Below, in pieces: positions 1-9,178 of a stretch of 49,413 nucleotides of DNA. Where the stretch lies: assembly GCA_030641485.1 (NCBI GenBank), contig DAOWHJ010000159.1, positions 1 to 49,413 of the forward strand, written 5' to 3'. Made by a program: the position numbers and the translations under genes. Positions within the stretch are counted from its first letter, which is position 1, and every line of letters begins with the position of its first letter. The notes under the pieces are model-generated. The model was not told the DNA's origin. It worked only from the letters and a program-made list of their open reading frames with translations, and made no database searches. The DNA is from Pseudomonadota bacterium. Its GTDB lineage: Bacteria; Desulfobacterota; Anaeroferrophillalia; Anaeroferrophillales; Tharpellaceae.

Positions 1-1162
1 CAGTATTCAAAGGATTCCCTGTAGCTGTCTCAGTTGCGCTATTCAAAGCAGCTGCCAGAGCCACAGCCATTGAGTCAGAAGCCGGTACTTTGCCGGACGA
101 ACCATCTGCAGCAAACAGCGAAGAGTAAGGATCGGCCTGAACTGTGATACTGGCCTGATACTCAGTCCCGCCAACATTAAAGATTATAGTATTATTATTA
201 TTATTTACGTAATAAAGTTTATCGCTCAAACGAGGAAGCTCATCCGAAATAAAATTACTTCCATTGATTATAGTAACATTGTCAGCAGAATCAACCGCAC
301 CACTGGCATCTCTGTCTTTAATCTCTATACCGAGTAATTCACGCATCGACATATCCAGAGAAGCGCCAGAATTTGTAGTCATATCAAGAGTTACAGGATC
401 ACCGGTATTGTTGGTAAACGTAAATTTACCAGTCACCTTACTGTAGGTAACAGTAAAATCCGAAGGAGATGACACACCCCCACCCACCGTTGTCGTAGCG
501 GTATCAAAATTAGGGTCGTTCTGGATCTTGGCCTGCAACTCATTAGCTAAAGTTTCACCCGTATATGTGCCATTTATCAAATTAACAACGATAGGCTGAG
601 TGCCACCAGCATCCAAAACAAACCGGTTATTGTAGTCATTCAGAACAAATTTCGTCTCTGAAGTAGAATCAAGGTTCGCCCCCAAACTCACCTCTGCTGT
701 CGGCTTGCTTGAGGATGAAACATCTGAAACATTGATATCACCGATATCACCAGCGGTGTTACCATCTTCAGTAACCTCCCAGCCTTGTACCGTGAGATTA
801 CTGCTATTAACCATCAGACCGTCTTTATCGAAGGTAAAATCCCCGGCCCGAGTGTAGAAGTTGGTACCACCATCCGCAACGATAAAGAAACCGTCACCGT
901 CAATTGCCAGATCAGTACCACGAGTTGTAGTTTCGAATGAACTCTGAGTAAATAAGGTACTGATGCCACCTGTAGTTGCCCCACGCCCGATCTGCCCCGC
1001 AGAACCGCCACCTAAGCTGCTGCTAACGATATCCTTGAACTGAATCCGGCCAGACTTAAAACCAATAGTATTACTATTGGCAATATTATTACCAATCAAT
1101 GAAATTGCATCGCTGTTGACATTAAGACCGCTGATTCCAGCGTAAAGAGATGTAAGAGCCAT
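1..1162 (-). CDS. flgE: Flagellar hook protein FlgE, N-terminal about 387 codons; the C-terminus runs off the left window edge
   Basis: It is absent from the ORF track because it is open at the edge. ATG at 1160-1162 (minus) sits 5 nt downstream of GGAGG. My manual translation is MALTSLYAGISGLNVNSDAISLIGNNIANSNTIGFKSGR...GTDLAIDGDGFF, the conserved rod/hook N-terminus. I saw no in-frame stop down to base 2. It lies directly downstream of flgD. Confidence 0.85.
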   Translation of the reverse strand, partial: MALTSLYAGISGLNVNSDAISLIGNNIANSNTIGFKSGRIQFKDIVSSSLGGGSAGQIGRGATTGGISTLFTQSSFETTTRGTDLAIDGDGFFIVADGGTNFYTRAGDFTFDKDGLMVNSSNLTVQGWEVTEDGNTAGDIGDINVSDVSSSSKPTAEVSLGANLDSTSETKFVLNDYNNRFVLDAGGTQPIVVNLINGTYTGETLANELQAKIQNDPNFDTATTTVGGGVSSPSDFTVTYSKVTGKFTFTNNTGDPVTLDMTTNSGASLDMSMRELLGIEIKDRDASGAVDSADNVTIINGSNFISDELPRLSDKLYYVNNNNNTIIFNVGGTEYQASITVQADPYSSLFAADGSSGKVPASDSMAVALAAALNSATETATGNPLNT

Positions 1163-1272
1163 AACCGCCTCCTGTTTATCTGAATAGTTAAATTGATTTA
1201 AAATATGTATTTAGTTTAAGATCTAAAATTGTTCATTTCAGCAACTTACGGACAACCCTCGCGTTAGAGTTA

Positions 1273-1977
1273 TCAAGCGCCCCCTTTAACTCCGAGCACT
1301 TGATCAATTCCAACCCGTGTACCATCGCTCAAAACCAACACGGTGTTACCATTTTTCGGATCAGTTTCAATGCCCTGAACCTTGCCACTACCATTAACAA
1401 CGGAGCTCACAATCTCCCCCAACTCATCCCGAGCGGTTATGTTGAAGGTGTAATCCCCGACGGGAAAACTGTTGCCATTGTCATCTTTACCATTCCAGTT
1501 GTAACTCTGATTACCCAAATCAAAGTAGCCCAGCTCCAACGTAGCCACCCGGCCACCAGCACTGTTGTAGATATCGATAACCACCTCATTGGCACTATCA
1601 ACCAACTCAAAATCCAATGAGATCGGTTGACCATCACCACTTATCGTGGCTGAACCTGAGCCTGAACCATCATACTCCACAGTCTTGTCGATCATATCGA
1701 GGGCACCCAAACGATTCAAGGTTGCAGAATAGTCCTGCAAAAGCATCAGATTGTCATTCGTTGCGGTCTGCTGTTCCAGCGAACTAAACTGGGCTAACTG
1801 AGCCGTAAAGTCAGTACCATCCATAGGTTCAAGCGGATCCTGATTTTTAAGTTGCTCGACCAAAAGCAGAAGAAATGCATCCATACCAAGATCATCTTTT
1901 TCTTCTGCTGGCGGAGCAAAAGGCTCAACATAGCTGGCACTATCAACAACCCCAACCGTCGGATTAAACATTGTCAT
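1273..1977 (-). CDS. flgD: Flagellar hook assembly/capping protein FlgD
   Basis: 234-aa ORF. It carries the conserved FlgD N-domain [40 protein letters not shown] and lies between fliK and flgE. Confidence 0.9.
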   Translation of the reverse strand: MTMFNPTVGVVDSASYVEPFAPPAEEKDDLGMDAFLLLLVEQLKNQDPLEPMDGTDFTAQLAQFSSLEQQTATNDNLMLLQDYSATLNRLGALDMIDKTVEYDGSGSGSATISGDGQPISLDFELVDSANEVVIDIYNSAGGRVATLELGYFDLGNQSYNWNGKDDNGNSFPVGDYTFNITARDELGEIVSSVVNGSGKVQGIETDPKNGNTVLVLSDGTRVGIDQVLGVKGGA

Positions 1978-2006
1978 AACAATTACCTCAAATTTTTAAG
2001 TAAATA

Positions 2007-3956
2007 TTAAGCGGTTATATGAAGTGATCCCGGATTTATTCCACTTTCAGCCTGAGGAATAACCCCCTCAAGTATATCAGCCGCGGTCGTAAGCTCACCC
2101 TCTGTGCCATCTTCTGCCCAACCCGACTGCGAGCCGAAATTATCATTCGTAAAACCACCTTGGTTAAACTGACGCCAGGCACTATCGCTATTATGCTGCT
2201 GGTTGTCTGCCATCAATGACGCACCATCTCCAGATTTTGATGGAGTCACTTTAATTTCGATATCCTTAGCATCAATACCACGTAGACCCAAACTCTCACG
2301 CAGGGTATCAATTTTACGCAACATTGCATCTTTGACCTCAGATTGTTCGACCAAGAAAGTCGCAGTCAGTTGCTGTTTATTCATAACCAGTTTCACATCG
2401 ACACGGCCCAAATGTTCAGGCCAAAGTTTAATCGTCACGGTCTGCTGACCTTTCACCTGACGACTTAAACCAGACTGAATCTGATCTAAAAGATGCTCAT
2501 CACTAATCGGAAGTGGCCTTGACAGTGTCAAGCTGTCACTCTTTTTCAACAAAACTTGATTAGTTGTATCAGCATTCACAACTACCTGCTCCGAGGCTTT
2601 GCCAAGATTGCCACTACTATCCTGAACTGCCTTTCCGGCCGACTCCCGCTGGGCTGATAGAAACTGACTCGAATGCTCGGCACTGACTGATTTCGCACTT
2701 TCACCAAAAGCTGGTTTAACATCTGGCTCAACTTCAGGCCCAAAAGTCCCCTTATGACCAGTCTCCCCCTGAAGCAAAGAGACCTGGCTTTCACGAGCTC
2801 TTCCCTGCAGGTGAACCGTCCCGGTATCACTGACAGATGGTTGATTGCTACGTGTGTTCCGCTCAGAATAAGCCAACCTACGCTTTAGATTGTCGTCAGA
2901 AACTACAACCTCACTCTTCACACTAATCTCTACATCTTTAGGAATCTCATCAATCAGGCGCCCAACAGATAATGAATCAATATTACTGGCCTTGACCGCC
3001 CCAATCTTTGCTGAACCAATGCTAGCTTCCGGTCGAATATTATCCACCACAGGGTTCTGTATGACCAGCTCAGGCGAACCTGCAACCGGCTTCCCAGACG
3101 ACATAATCTCGGCCCCCTGAAACTCAGCTGAAGATTCAGTATCTTCAGCCGCAAATTCGACCCCAGAAAAATCCACTTCACCCTCAGCGGCAACCAGCTC
3201 TTCCGCAACCCGTATGCCTTGGTCGACAGAGGTCTTCTCTGCCCTAAAACTGCTATCACTAACTAACTTAACATCAGCAGCCACCTTAAACAGGCTATCA
3301 GAAGTGCCTTTTGTCCTGGGTTGAAGTTGTGACGCAACCATATCATCAACCTTAACTCCGACTCCAACGCCAACGTCACTCGCAACTTCTGCTTCAACCA
3401 CAACCGAGGAATCCACTGCAAACCCCTCAGCTTCAGAAGAAATCGACTCTACAACTCCCGTACCGGTTAACGATACAGAAGCATCTTCAACCAGAGCGGG
3501 GGCCACTCCCCCCCCTGGCTTAAAATTGTCTGCTGCTTTAGCGAGATCTGCAGTCTCTGAAAAGAGTTTGTCCGTAATACTGTCGGAGGTCTCAGCAACA
3601 GTCGAGTTAGTCTCTTTAATCTGTTTTTCTACTGGTTCAGTTTCCTGAACATTGGCAACAACCGCTTGCTCACCACCGGAGACCGAAGTTTCTTCATCAT
3701 CCGACCGATTTACCGTAAAATTGTCATCTGACTTTTCACCATCAGTCTCCGGTTTATCTGCAGATTTTGTTTTGACCTTTTCGACCGGCTTCTCATCGCG
3801 ACTGTTATCAACTAAAACCTTCTCCTCTTCTCGAGCAAGAACCCCGTTAAAATCAGCGTCAGCATTTCTCTGAACCGAAGTCGATCCACTGCGAACTAGA
3901 GTTTTATTTGCGGCTGGCGTTGAGAGCAAAGCCACTACAGAATTTTCCACAATCAC
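2007..3956 (-). CDS. fliK: Flagellar hook-length control protein FliK
   Basis: 649 aa. The N-part is long, acidic, Ser/Val/Glu-rich and low in complexity. The C-terminal Flg_hook-type domain is conserved (TVTIKLWPEHLGRVDVKLVMNKQQLTATFLVEQSEVKDAML). It lies upstream of flgD. The start is GTG-type and the exact start is uncertain. Confidence 0.8.
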   Translation of the reverse strand: MIVENSVVALLSTPAANKTLVRSGSTSVQRNADADFNGVLAREEEKVLVDNSRDEKPVEKVKTKSADKPETDGEKSDDNFTVNRSDDEETSVSGGEQAVVANVQETEPVEKQIKETNSTVAETSDSITDKLFSETADLAKAADNFKPGGGVAPALVEDASVSLTGTGVVESISSEAEGFAVDSSVVVEAEVASDVGVGVGVKVDDMVASQLQPRTKGTSDSLFKVAADVKLVSDSSFRAEKTSVDQGIRVAEELVAAEGEVDFSGVEFAAEDTESSAEFQGAEIMSSGKPVAGSPELVIQNPVVDNIRPEASIGSAKIGAVKASNIDSLSVGRLIDEIPKDVEISVKSEVVVSDDNLKRRLAYSERNTRSNQPSVSDTGTVHLQGRARESQVSLLQGETGHKGTFGPEVEPDVKPAFGESAKSVSAEHSSQFLSAQRESAGKAVQDSSGNLGKASEQVVVNADTTNQVLLKKSDSLTLSRPLPISDEHLLDQIQSGLSRQVKGQQTVTIKLWPEHLGRVDVKLVMNKQQLTATFLVEQSEVKDAMLRKIDTLRESLGLRGIDAKDIEIKVTPSKSGDGASLMADNQQHNSDSAWRQFNQGGFTNDNFGSQSGWAEDGTEGELTTAADILEGVIPQAESGINPGSLHITA

Positions 3957-4003
3957 ACCTCGTCATTACTGCTACAAAACAAAAAATTTATTAATAAGCA
4001 CGG

Positions 4004-4486
4004 TTATTGGGCCGGTTTTAGAGCAGTGATCGCCCGCGATATTGCTACTGCGCGTTCCTCTTCGACCGCACTTAACAGCTTAGCTGATTTCTTGGTCGGC
4101 ATACGCAATATCACCTCAACCGCATACTTCAAATCCAACTCTTTCAATAAAGGTGCGGCAGCAGCCGGCTTCATAGCGCTATAGACCTCAACCAAACGAC
4201 TTAAGTCTTCGTCCTTTAGAGCCTTTAACTCTTCCATCACCTTTTCAAGGGATTTTCTAACATCAAGCATTTCACTCTCTTGCACCTTAAGCTCTTTCTG
4301 CAAAAAATCGATACGTTTCTCTTTTTCGCCTAACGCCGCTTCCCGACTCTCTAAAGTTTCTTCACGTTCTTTCAAGAGTGCCGCCAGATCAAGCAGATTT
4401 TCATGTTCATTGAAATTCTCTGCCATAAGTGGGGCTGACATCATTAAAACCAGAACTATAACCACAAATCTAATAACTATTTTCAT
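4004..4486 (-). CDS. Flagellar-operon coiled-coil protein, YlxF/MotE-like (MgtE_N-like C-terminal region)
   Basis: The track ORF is 4004-4543. The probable start is the internal ATG at 4486, giving a signal peptide MKIVIRFVVIVLVLMMSAPLMA. It has a Glu/Lys coiled coil and the position between fliJ and fliK occupied by ylxF in the Bacillus fla/che operon. The function call is by position and composition only. Confidence 0.5.
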   Translation of the reverse strand: MKIVIRFVVIVLVLMMSAPLMAENFNEHENLLDLAALLKEREETLESREAALGEKEKRIDFLQKELKVQESEMLDVRKSLEKVMEELKALKDEDLSRLVEVYSAMKPAAAAPLLKELDLKYAVEVILRMPTKKSAKLLSAVEEERAVAISRAITALKPAQ

Positions 4487-4999
4487 ACTATTGAACGATT
4501 GCACAGTTAATATGATAGGAGCTCTTTTTTCCCATTTCATCACAATCTACCTTACAATATCGACAATTACCTTGAAAGCACCTCTCGCGGAACAGAATGA
4601 CCTGCACATTGCCCGCACTGACTAGTTAATAGCAACAATAATACCAACCCCCGCAAACCAGACCACGCCCACGACTACATAGGCCAGAAAATAAAACTAA
4701 ACTATTAATAATATAGAGTTATTCTTAATGAAAAAGGAAAATAATTTTATCTAGAAAAAAACAGAGCATCTGGATTACGGGGAAATAACAAGAGGTAATT
4801 TCAGACTAAAAAGGGCAATGGGCAGAAAACACCGGAAAAAATTGCCGCCTTCCTCCGATCAAGCCTCAAAATAGATATTGCTTTCGATTCGATATTATAT
4901 TAAATTTGATGCCATCGTAAAAAACGTTTTCAGACCACTAATATGGCCAGTAAAATGGCGGAAACCCTTCTAACAATTAGAAGGAATCAAGGTAACTAT

Positions 5000-5629
5000 A
5001 TGTCAATCAAAGTATATGGCTTTTTCCTCCTTTTGTTGGTCGTCTTATCAGGGTCTTGTGCCCCCATACATTACGGAGTTTCCGATGATGCTTGGGGGCA
5101 GATGACTGATGCACAACGTCTCGAGACGATTAAGGGATATAATGAAAGAGAAAAAATACGAGAACTACGAAAACAGGATGAAGCCTCTCTGGCCCAGATC
5201 AAACAAGAACAACTTAACAAAAAACATAGGGCCCACATCGCTGCGATATATAATGGAGAGGCTGCTCACCTAGGTGATTTACTCCGAGTCAGCATGGAAG
5301 GCGGCAAAGTGCGTATTAATGGCAAACATAGACACTATCACCCGGTATCTTTTACTATAGCTGATGGTGAATACAAAAAAGTCCCTCTTTACAGTGGTCG
5401 TAAATATATCAAACACACCGGGGAATTAGGGGTACACTACTCTGAAGGGTCTTTACTGCTAGATATCAAAGAAGGCAATTATTATGGCGGAGCCATAATT
5501 GTTTATAAGCCAAAGTGGAATAAAGGCAAAACCTACCAAACCATAAAAAGTGATGGGCCGACAGAACTAAAGAATGTCTGTGTTACTATTCACGCCTTAC
5601 CGATTGCCAGGCATAAACGTTGTCGATGA
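5000..5629 (+). CDS. Hypothetical lipoprotein (unknown family)
   Basis: The track ORF is 4943-5629. The internal ATG at 5000 gives MSIKVYGFFLLLLVVLSGSC, a signal peptide ending in a lipobox-like Cys. I recognised no family. It is encoded opposite to the surrounding flagellar genes. Confidence 0.55.
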   Translation: MSIKVYGFFLLLLVVLSGSCAPIHYGVSDDAWGQMTDAQRLETIKGYNEREKIRELRKQDEASLAQIKQEQLNKKHRAHIAAIYNGEAAHLGDLLRVSMEGGKVRINGKHRHYHPVSFTIADGEYKKVPLYSGRKYIKHTGELGVHYSEGSLLLDIKEGNYYGGAIIVYKPKWNKGKTYQTIKSDGPTELKNVCVTIHALPIARHKRCR

Positions 5630-5708
5630 ACCCATTGTGCAAGTTTTATCATAAATTTTGCGGCTATCAGCCTTCTTTTTGAGTGGGAGTGGCAAAAAAC
5701 AACTTGAT

Positions 5709-5750
5709 AAATTGTAGTACTTTTACTCCCAAGTAAAAGTACTACAATTT
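5709..5750 (-). terminator. Perfect 19-bp-stem hairpin (4-nt loop) overlapping the fliJ stop codon; likely fliJ terminator, possibly bidirectional
   Basis: AAATTGTAGTACTTTTACT (5709-5727), loop CCCA, AGTAAAAGTACTACAATTT (5732-5750). On the minus strand it is followed by ATCAAGTTGTTTTTTGCC. It lies between convergent genes. Confidence 0.55.
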
Positions 5751-6185
5751 AGCCCGGGCAGCCCGGATGATTGCAATTTCATCAAGGTCTTTGCGTTCTT
5801 GCAAGTCGTTCTCTCGTTTCCAGTCCTGAAAGTGCTGTTCACGAACTTTCTCCAGCAGGCGTCGATCTTTAACCCGGGAGATCAACTCAGCCTCTTTCAC
5901 AGCTTTTTCCTGCTCGGTCTCGGCTAATTTATTTCGGGTTGCATTAACCTCATGCATCAGTTTAATCTCCCGAAAACGGGCGAGCTCCATTTCTGGAACC
6001 GGAATTCCTTGCGCCAGGGCCGCGGAGCTTAAATGCAACTCTTTTTCACGCAAGCTTTCAAGACGAACCAGTTCCTCTCCCACACGCTTAAACCGCTCAC
6101 CCACCTCAACTTGAGCTCGAGCCGCATTTTCTTCAAGAACCCGTCTCTGTTTCAAAACTGTTTCCAACGAAAATTTAAACATCAT
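5742..6185 (-). CDS. fliJ: Flagellar export chaperone FliJ
   Basis: 147-aa all-helical coiled-coil protein. It starts MMFKFSLETVLKQRRVLEENAARAQ, which is FliJ-like (compare the FRLQ.VL..R motif). It sits at the head of the hook-gene block. Confidence 0.7.
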   Translation of the reverse strand: MMFKFSLETVLKQRRVLEENAARAQVEVGERFKRVGEELVRLESLREKELHLSSAALAQGIPVPEMELARFREIKLMHEVNATRNKLAETEQEKAVKEAELISRVKDRRLLEKVREQHFQDWKRENDLQERKDLDEIAIIRAARAKL

Positions 6186-6347
6186 CTACCAATAATTCAA
6201 GGTGCCATTTAATCACAATAAAGATTGACAAACTAAGGCCAATAACGTAAACCAGCCTCGGTTTTTCCAACCCTTAATTCATGTTAACCATCGTGACGAG
6301 CTCTATGAGACAGTCCGAACAACAATTCTAACAGGAGAGAGTATATC

Positions 6348-6770
6348 ATGACTGAAAGAACTTTATCAATCATCAAACCCGATGCGGTTGCCAAAGGTGT
6401 AATTGGCAAAATCATTGACTGTTTCGCCGAAAACGGGCTGAAAATTGCTGCCCTGAAAATGATTCACATGAGCAAAACTGAAGCTGAAGGCTTTTATGCG
6501 GTCCACAAAGAGCGGCCTTTTTTTGGCAGCCTGACCGAATTTATGATTTCGGGGCCTGCAGTCGTTATGGTTTTAAGCGGTGAAAATGCAATCAGCAAAA
6601 ACCGTGAACTGATGGGCGCCACCAACCCGGCGGAAGCTGCAAATGGCACCTTACGCAAACGTTTTGCGACCGACATCGAAAAAAATGCCGTTCACGGCTC
6701 TGATGCCCCGGAAACAGCCTGTTCGGAGATTAGTTATTTCTTCCCCGAACTAGATATCGTTAACGACTAA
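6348..6770 (+). CDS. ndk: Nucleoside-diphosphate kinase
   Basis: 140 aa. [12 protein letters not shown]...GATNP...GTLR..F......NAVHGSD is the canonical NDK sequence, including the active-site His. AGGAGAG lies upstream of the ATG. Confidence 0.97.
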   Translation: MTERTLSIIKPDAVAKGVIGKIIDCFAENGLKIAALKMIHMSKTEAEGFYAVHKERPFFGSLTEFMISGPAVVMVLSGENAISKNRELMGATNPAEAANGTLRKRFATDIEKNAVHGSDAPETACSEISYFFPELDIVND

Positions 6771-6791
6771 GCCAGACGATTCTAAACTATC

Positions 6792-6945
6792 AGGAGGCTG
6801 TCCTGTTTTCATACTATTTCTATTTCGATATGGGGACAGACCTCCAGCGAGGGCTTTAGACCTAATCGGGATGAGCTTGCGCCTGAGCACCCTGAAGGGT
6901 ATAAACTTCGCCAAGAAGGCCTTGGTGGTGTATCCGTCTTCGAAG
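6792..6945 (+). repeat. Intergenic repeat family, copy A (ndk-bioD spacer)
   Basis: Bases 6879-6910 are 31/32 identical to the reverse complement of 45114-45145. Bases 6825-6847 are 21/23 identical to the reverse complement of 21872-21894. The 12-mer AGGAGGCTGTCC (6792-6803) is identical to 34953-34964 and pairs with GGACAGACCTCC (6834-6845). Confidence 0.8.
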
Positions 6946-6973
6946 TGAGAACAGTAAAAGAAAAGGAAGCCTC

Positions 6974-7699
6974 TTGAACAACGGTCTCTTCATTACTGGC
7001 ACCGATACCGGGGTCGGCAAAACCATGGTTGCCGCTACCTTAGCTTATGCTTTGCAGCAGAGGCAAATCGACTTTGGCTATATCAAGCCGATGGAGAGCG
7101 GCATTTCCAGCCCTGAATATCTTGCCCAAGAGTCCGATGCAGCCCTGGTTAAAAAAGCCGGGGCCCTGCCTGAGCAACTAGAAGAGATTGTCCCGTTTAC
7201 ATTTGAGGAACCCTTAGCTCCTCTTCTGGCCGCCCGGCGGGCGGGAATCAAAATCACAAAAGAGCACTTAGTAAATAGCATTAAAGAGCGCATCAACCCG
7301 ACCCGGCTAACCATTGTCGAAGGGGCGGGCGGGCTTTTAGCTCCACTTTGTGATAACTATCTGATTCTTGATTTAATCAAGGAACTCAAATTTCCCACTC
7401 TGGTTGTCTGCAGGACCGCGTTAGGAAGTGTAAACCACACCCTACTGACCCTGGATCGTCTACGCCACGAGAAGATCGACCCCATCGGCATTATCGCCAA
7501 CAATGTAACCTCCACCCCCGGCATTGCTGAAGAAACATTCACCTCCCAGCTCACAGAGTTTAATCCCATTACAGTATTAGGGAATTTGCCCTATATGAAA
7601 AATCTTGACAATGATTTTTCTAATTGGCGAAAGCTTGCAGCCCATATCGACATAAAAACCTTACTAAAGCTGACATACACCCCCAAACCGCAAGAGTAA
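6974..7699 (+). CDS. bioD: Dethiobiotin synthetase (ATP-dependent)
   Basis: 241 aa with a TTG start. The N-terminal LFITGTDTGVGKT P-loop and the overall BioD layout (EGAGG motif) are present. No other bio genes are adjacent. Confidence 0.85.
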   Translation: MNNGLFITGTDTGVGKTMVAATLAYALQQRQIDFGYIKPMESGISSPEYLAQESDAALVKKAGALPEQLEEIVPFTFEEPLAPLLAARRAGIKITKEHLVNSIKERINPTRLTIVEGAGGLLAPLCDNYLILDLIKELKFPTLVVCRTALGSVNHTLLTLDRLRHEKIDPIGIIANNVTSTPGIAEETFTSQLTEFNPITVLGNLPYMKNLDNDFSNWRKLAAHIDIKTLLKLTYTPKPQE

Positions 7700-7796
7700 A
7701 ACTTGTCTTGAATCGGTTTTTCTGCTAAATGAGGGCATCCTCTGGCCATCCAGAGCAAAACCTGTAATTCAGCCTTTAGGATTCAAGCCAATACCG

Positions 7797-9164
7797 ATGC
7801 ATAAAACTCCAAACCGTCAGAATCTAATGGCCGGAACTATCCGGCGCCTCTTGCAGCGCGAAGCTTGGCATAACATCCAAAATGTTATCGAGAAACTCTA
7901 TCCGGCCGACATCGCACTCACCATGCGCGAACTTGACGATAAGTTACGCTTGCTACTTTTCGAGCAGATAAAAGATCTCGATAAAGCGGGTGAAACTTTA
8001 AGTGAGCTCGACATCGAGATCGCCCTACCCCTGGTCCAGGCCCTGCCGGAAGAACGCACCGTCGCGATCTTTAAGGAGATGCCAGATGATGACCGGACTG
8101 AGATCATTGCCCTCCTACCCGAGGAGTTTGCACGTCAACTCCTCGACCAACTTGGCAGCGTTGAATCCCAGGACATAGAAACCCTGCTCAGCTATCCAGA
8201 TGACAGTGCGGGCCGGATCATGACAACCGATTTCTTTGCCTTGCGGGATGCAACCACAGCAACCGAAGCGATCGACATTATCCGGCGGCGGGGTGAAGAC
8301 GCTGAGACGGTCTTCTATATCTACGTTACCGACCCCTTGGGCCGCCTAACTGGAATTGTCTCCTTACGCAAACTGATTCTCACCCAACCCGAAACCCAGC
8401 TCAAAGATATCATCAACACCAATGTCGTCAAGGTTGATGTTCACACTGACCAGGAGTTGGTGGCCCAACAGGTTGAACGTTACAATATCTTAGCGATCCC
8501 GGTGGTCGATGATTCAGATATCCTTGTCGGGATTATCACGGTTGACGATATCATCGACGTTATCCGCCAAGAGGCAACTGAAGATATCTTCAGAATGGCA
8601 GGCTCCGATTCAGAGGAGATCGTCTACGCTGACAACATCTATAAAATTGCCCGAATCCGCCTGCCCTGGCTCCTGATCACCCTATTCGGTGGCATCGTCA
8701 CCGGCTACTTTATGTGGCTCTTTAAAGCCACCTTGGAAACGACCCTGACGCTGATTACTTTTGTCCCCGTCATTACCGGTATGGGCGGCAATGTCGGCAC
8801 TCAGTCCTCCCTAATCATTGTCCGCGGATTAGCCACGGGTCGAGTCACTATGGATTCTATCGCCAAGGTTATATGGCGTGAGGCCCGAATCGGCATCTTA
8901 ATGGGAATCATTTGTGGGGTTACGGTTGGCGTCATCGCCTTGGCATGGCACCATGAACCCCTGATCGGACTTGTGGTTGCAGTCGCCATGTCGGCATCAA
9001 TGACGGTCGCCGCCACCATGGGCGCCTTCGCCCCGACATTTTTCCATAAATTAGACATTGACCCGGCCATCGCCTCAGGACCGTTTGTAACCACCAGCAA
9101 TGACATTATCGGCATCCTGATCTATATGGCAACCGCCACTTTTTTTCTAAAGCACTTTTTTTAG
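7797..9164 (+). CDS. mgtE: Magnesium transporter MgtE
   Basis: 455 aa. It has an MgtE_N domain, a CBS pair (ILAIPVVDDSDILVGIITVDDIIDVI) and a C-terminal 5-TM MgtE channel domain (GNVGTQSS motif). Confidence 0.95.
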   Translation: MHKTPNRQNLMAGTIRRLLQREAWHNIQNVIEKLYPADIALTMRELDDKLRLLLFEQIKDLDKAGETLSELDIEIALPLVQALPEERTVAIFKEMPDDDRTEIIALLPEEFARQLLDQLGSVESQDIETLLSYPDDSAGRIMTTDFFALRDATTATEAIDIIRRRGEDAETVFYIYVTDPLGRLTGIVSLRKLILTQPETQLKDIINTNVVKVDVHTDQELVAQQVERYNILAIPVVDDSDILVGIITVDDIIDVIRQEATEDIFRMAGSDSEEIVYADNIYKIARIRLPWLLITLFGGIVTGYFMWLFKATLETTLTLITFVPVITGMGGNVGTQSSLIIVRGLATGRVTMDSIAKVIWREARIGILMGIICGVTVGVIALAWHHEPLIGLVVAVAMSASMTVAATMGAFAPTFFHKLDIDPAIASGPFVTTSNDIIGILIYMATATFFLKHFF

Positions 9165-9178
9165 GACTATTAAAAAAG

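Noticed and set aside
191-205. An (ATT)5 trinucleotide run inside flgE, encoding Asn5 on the minus strand.
   Set aside because: It is in-frame, short, and lies in the variable middle of the hook protein. Five units are too few to argue for phase or length variation without population data.
4813-4848. GGGCAATGGGCAGAAAACACCGGAAAAAATTGCC in the flagellar spacer, examined as a possible c-di-GMP (GEMM-I) riboswitch.
   Set aside because: It lacks the conserved GEMM features I remember (GGCAAA... and ACGCAAAGC-type tetraloop-receptor elements). It has only a 6-bp stem with a large loop.
6879-6945. An apparent conserved peptide (PEH[P/H]EGYKLR.E..GVSV) when copies A and C of the repeat are translated. 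It is also reflected in track ORFs 44990-45259(-) and 43783-44151(+).
   Set aside because: The similarity is at the nucleotide level in all frames. There is no start codon or RBS, and copies B and D carry stops or indels in that frame. I treat it as a non-coding repeat.
7700-7796. Possible Mg2+ (M-box) riboswitch upstream of mgtE.
   Set aside because: The spacer is only 97 nt and shows a single short hairpin (CTCTGG-CCAT-CCAGAG). That is far too small for an M-box.
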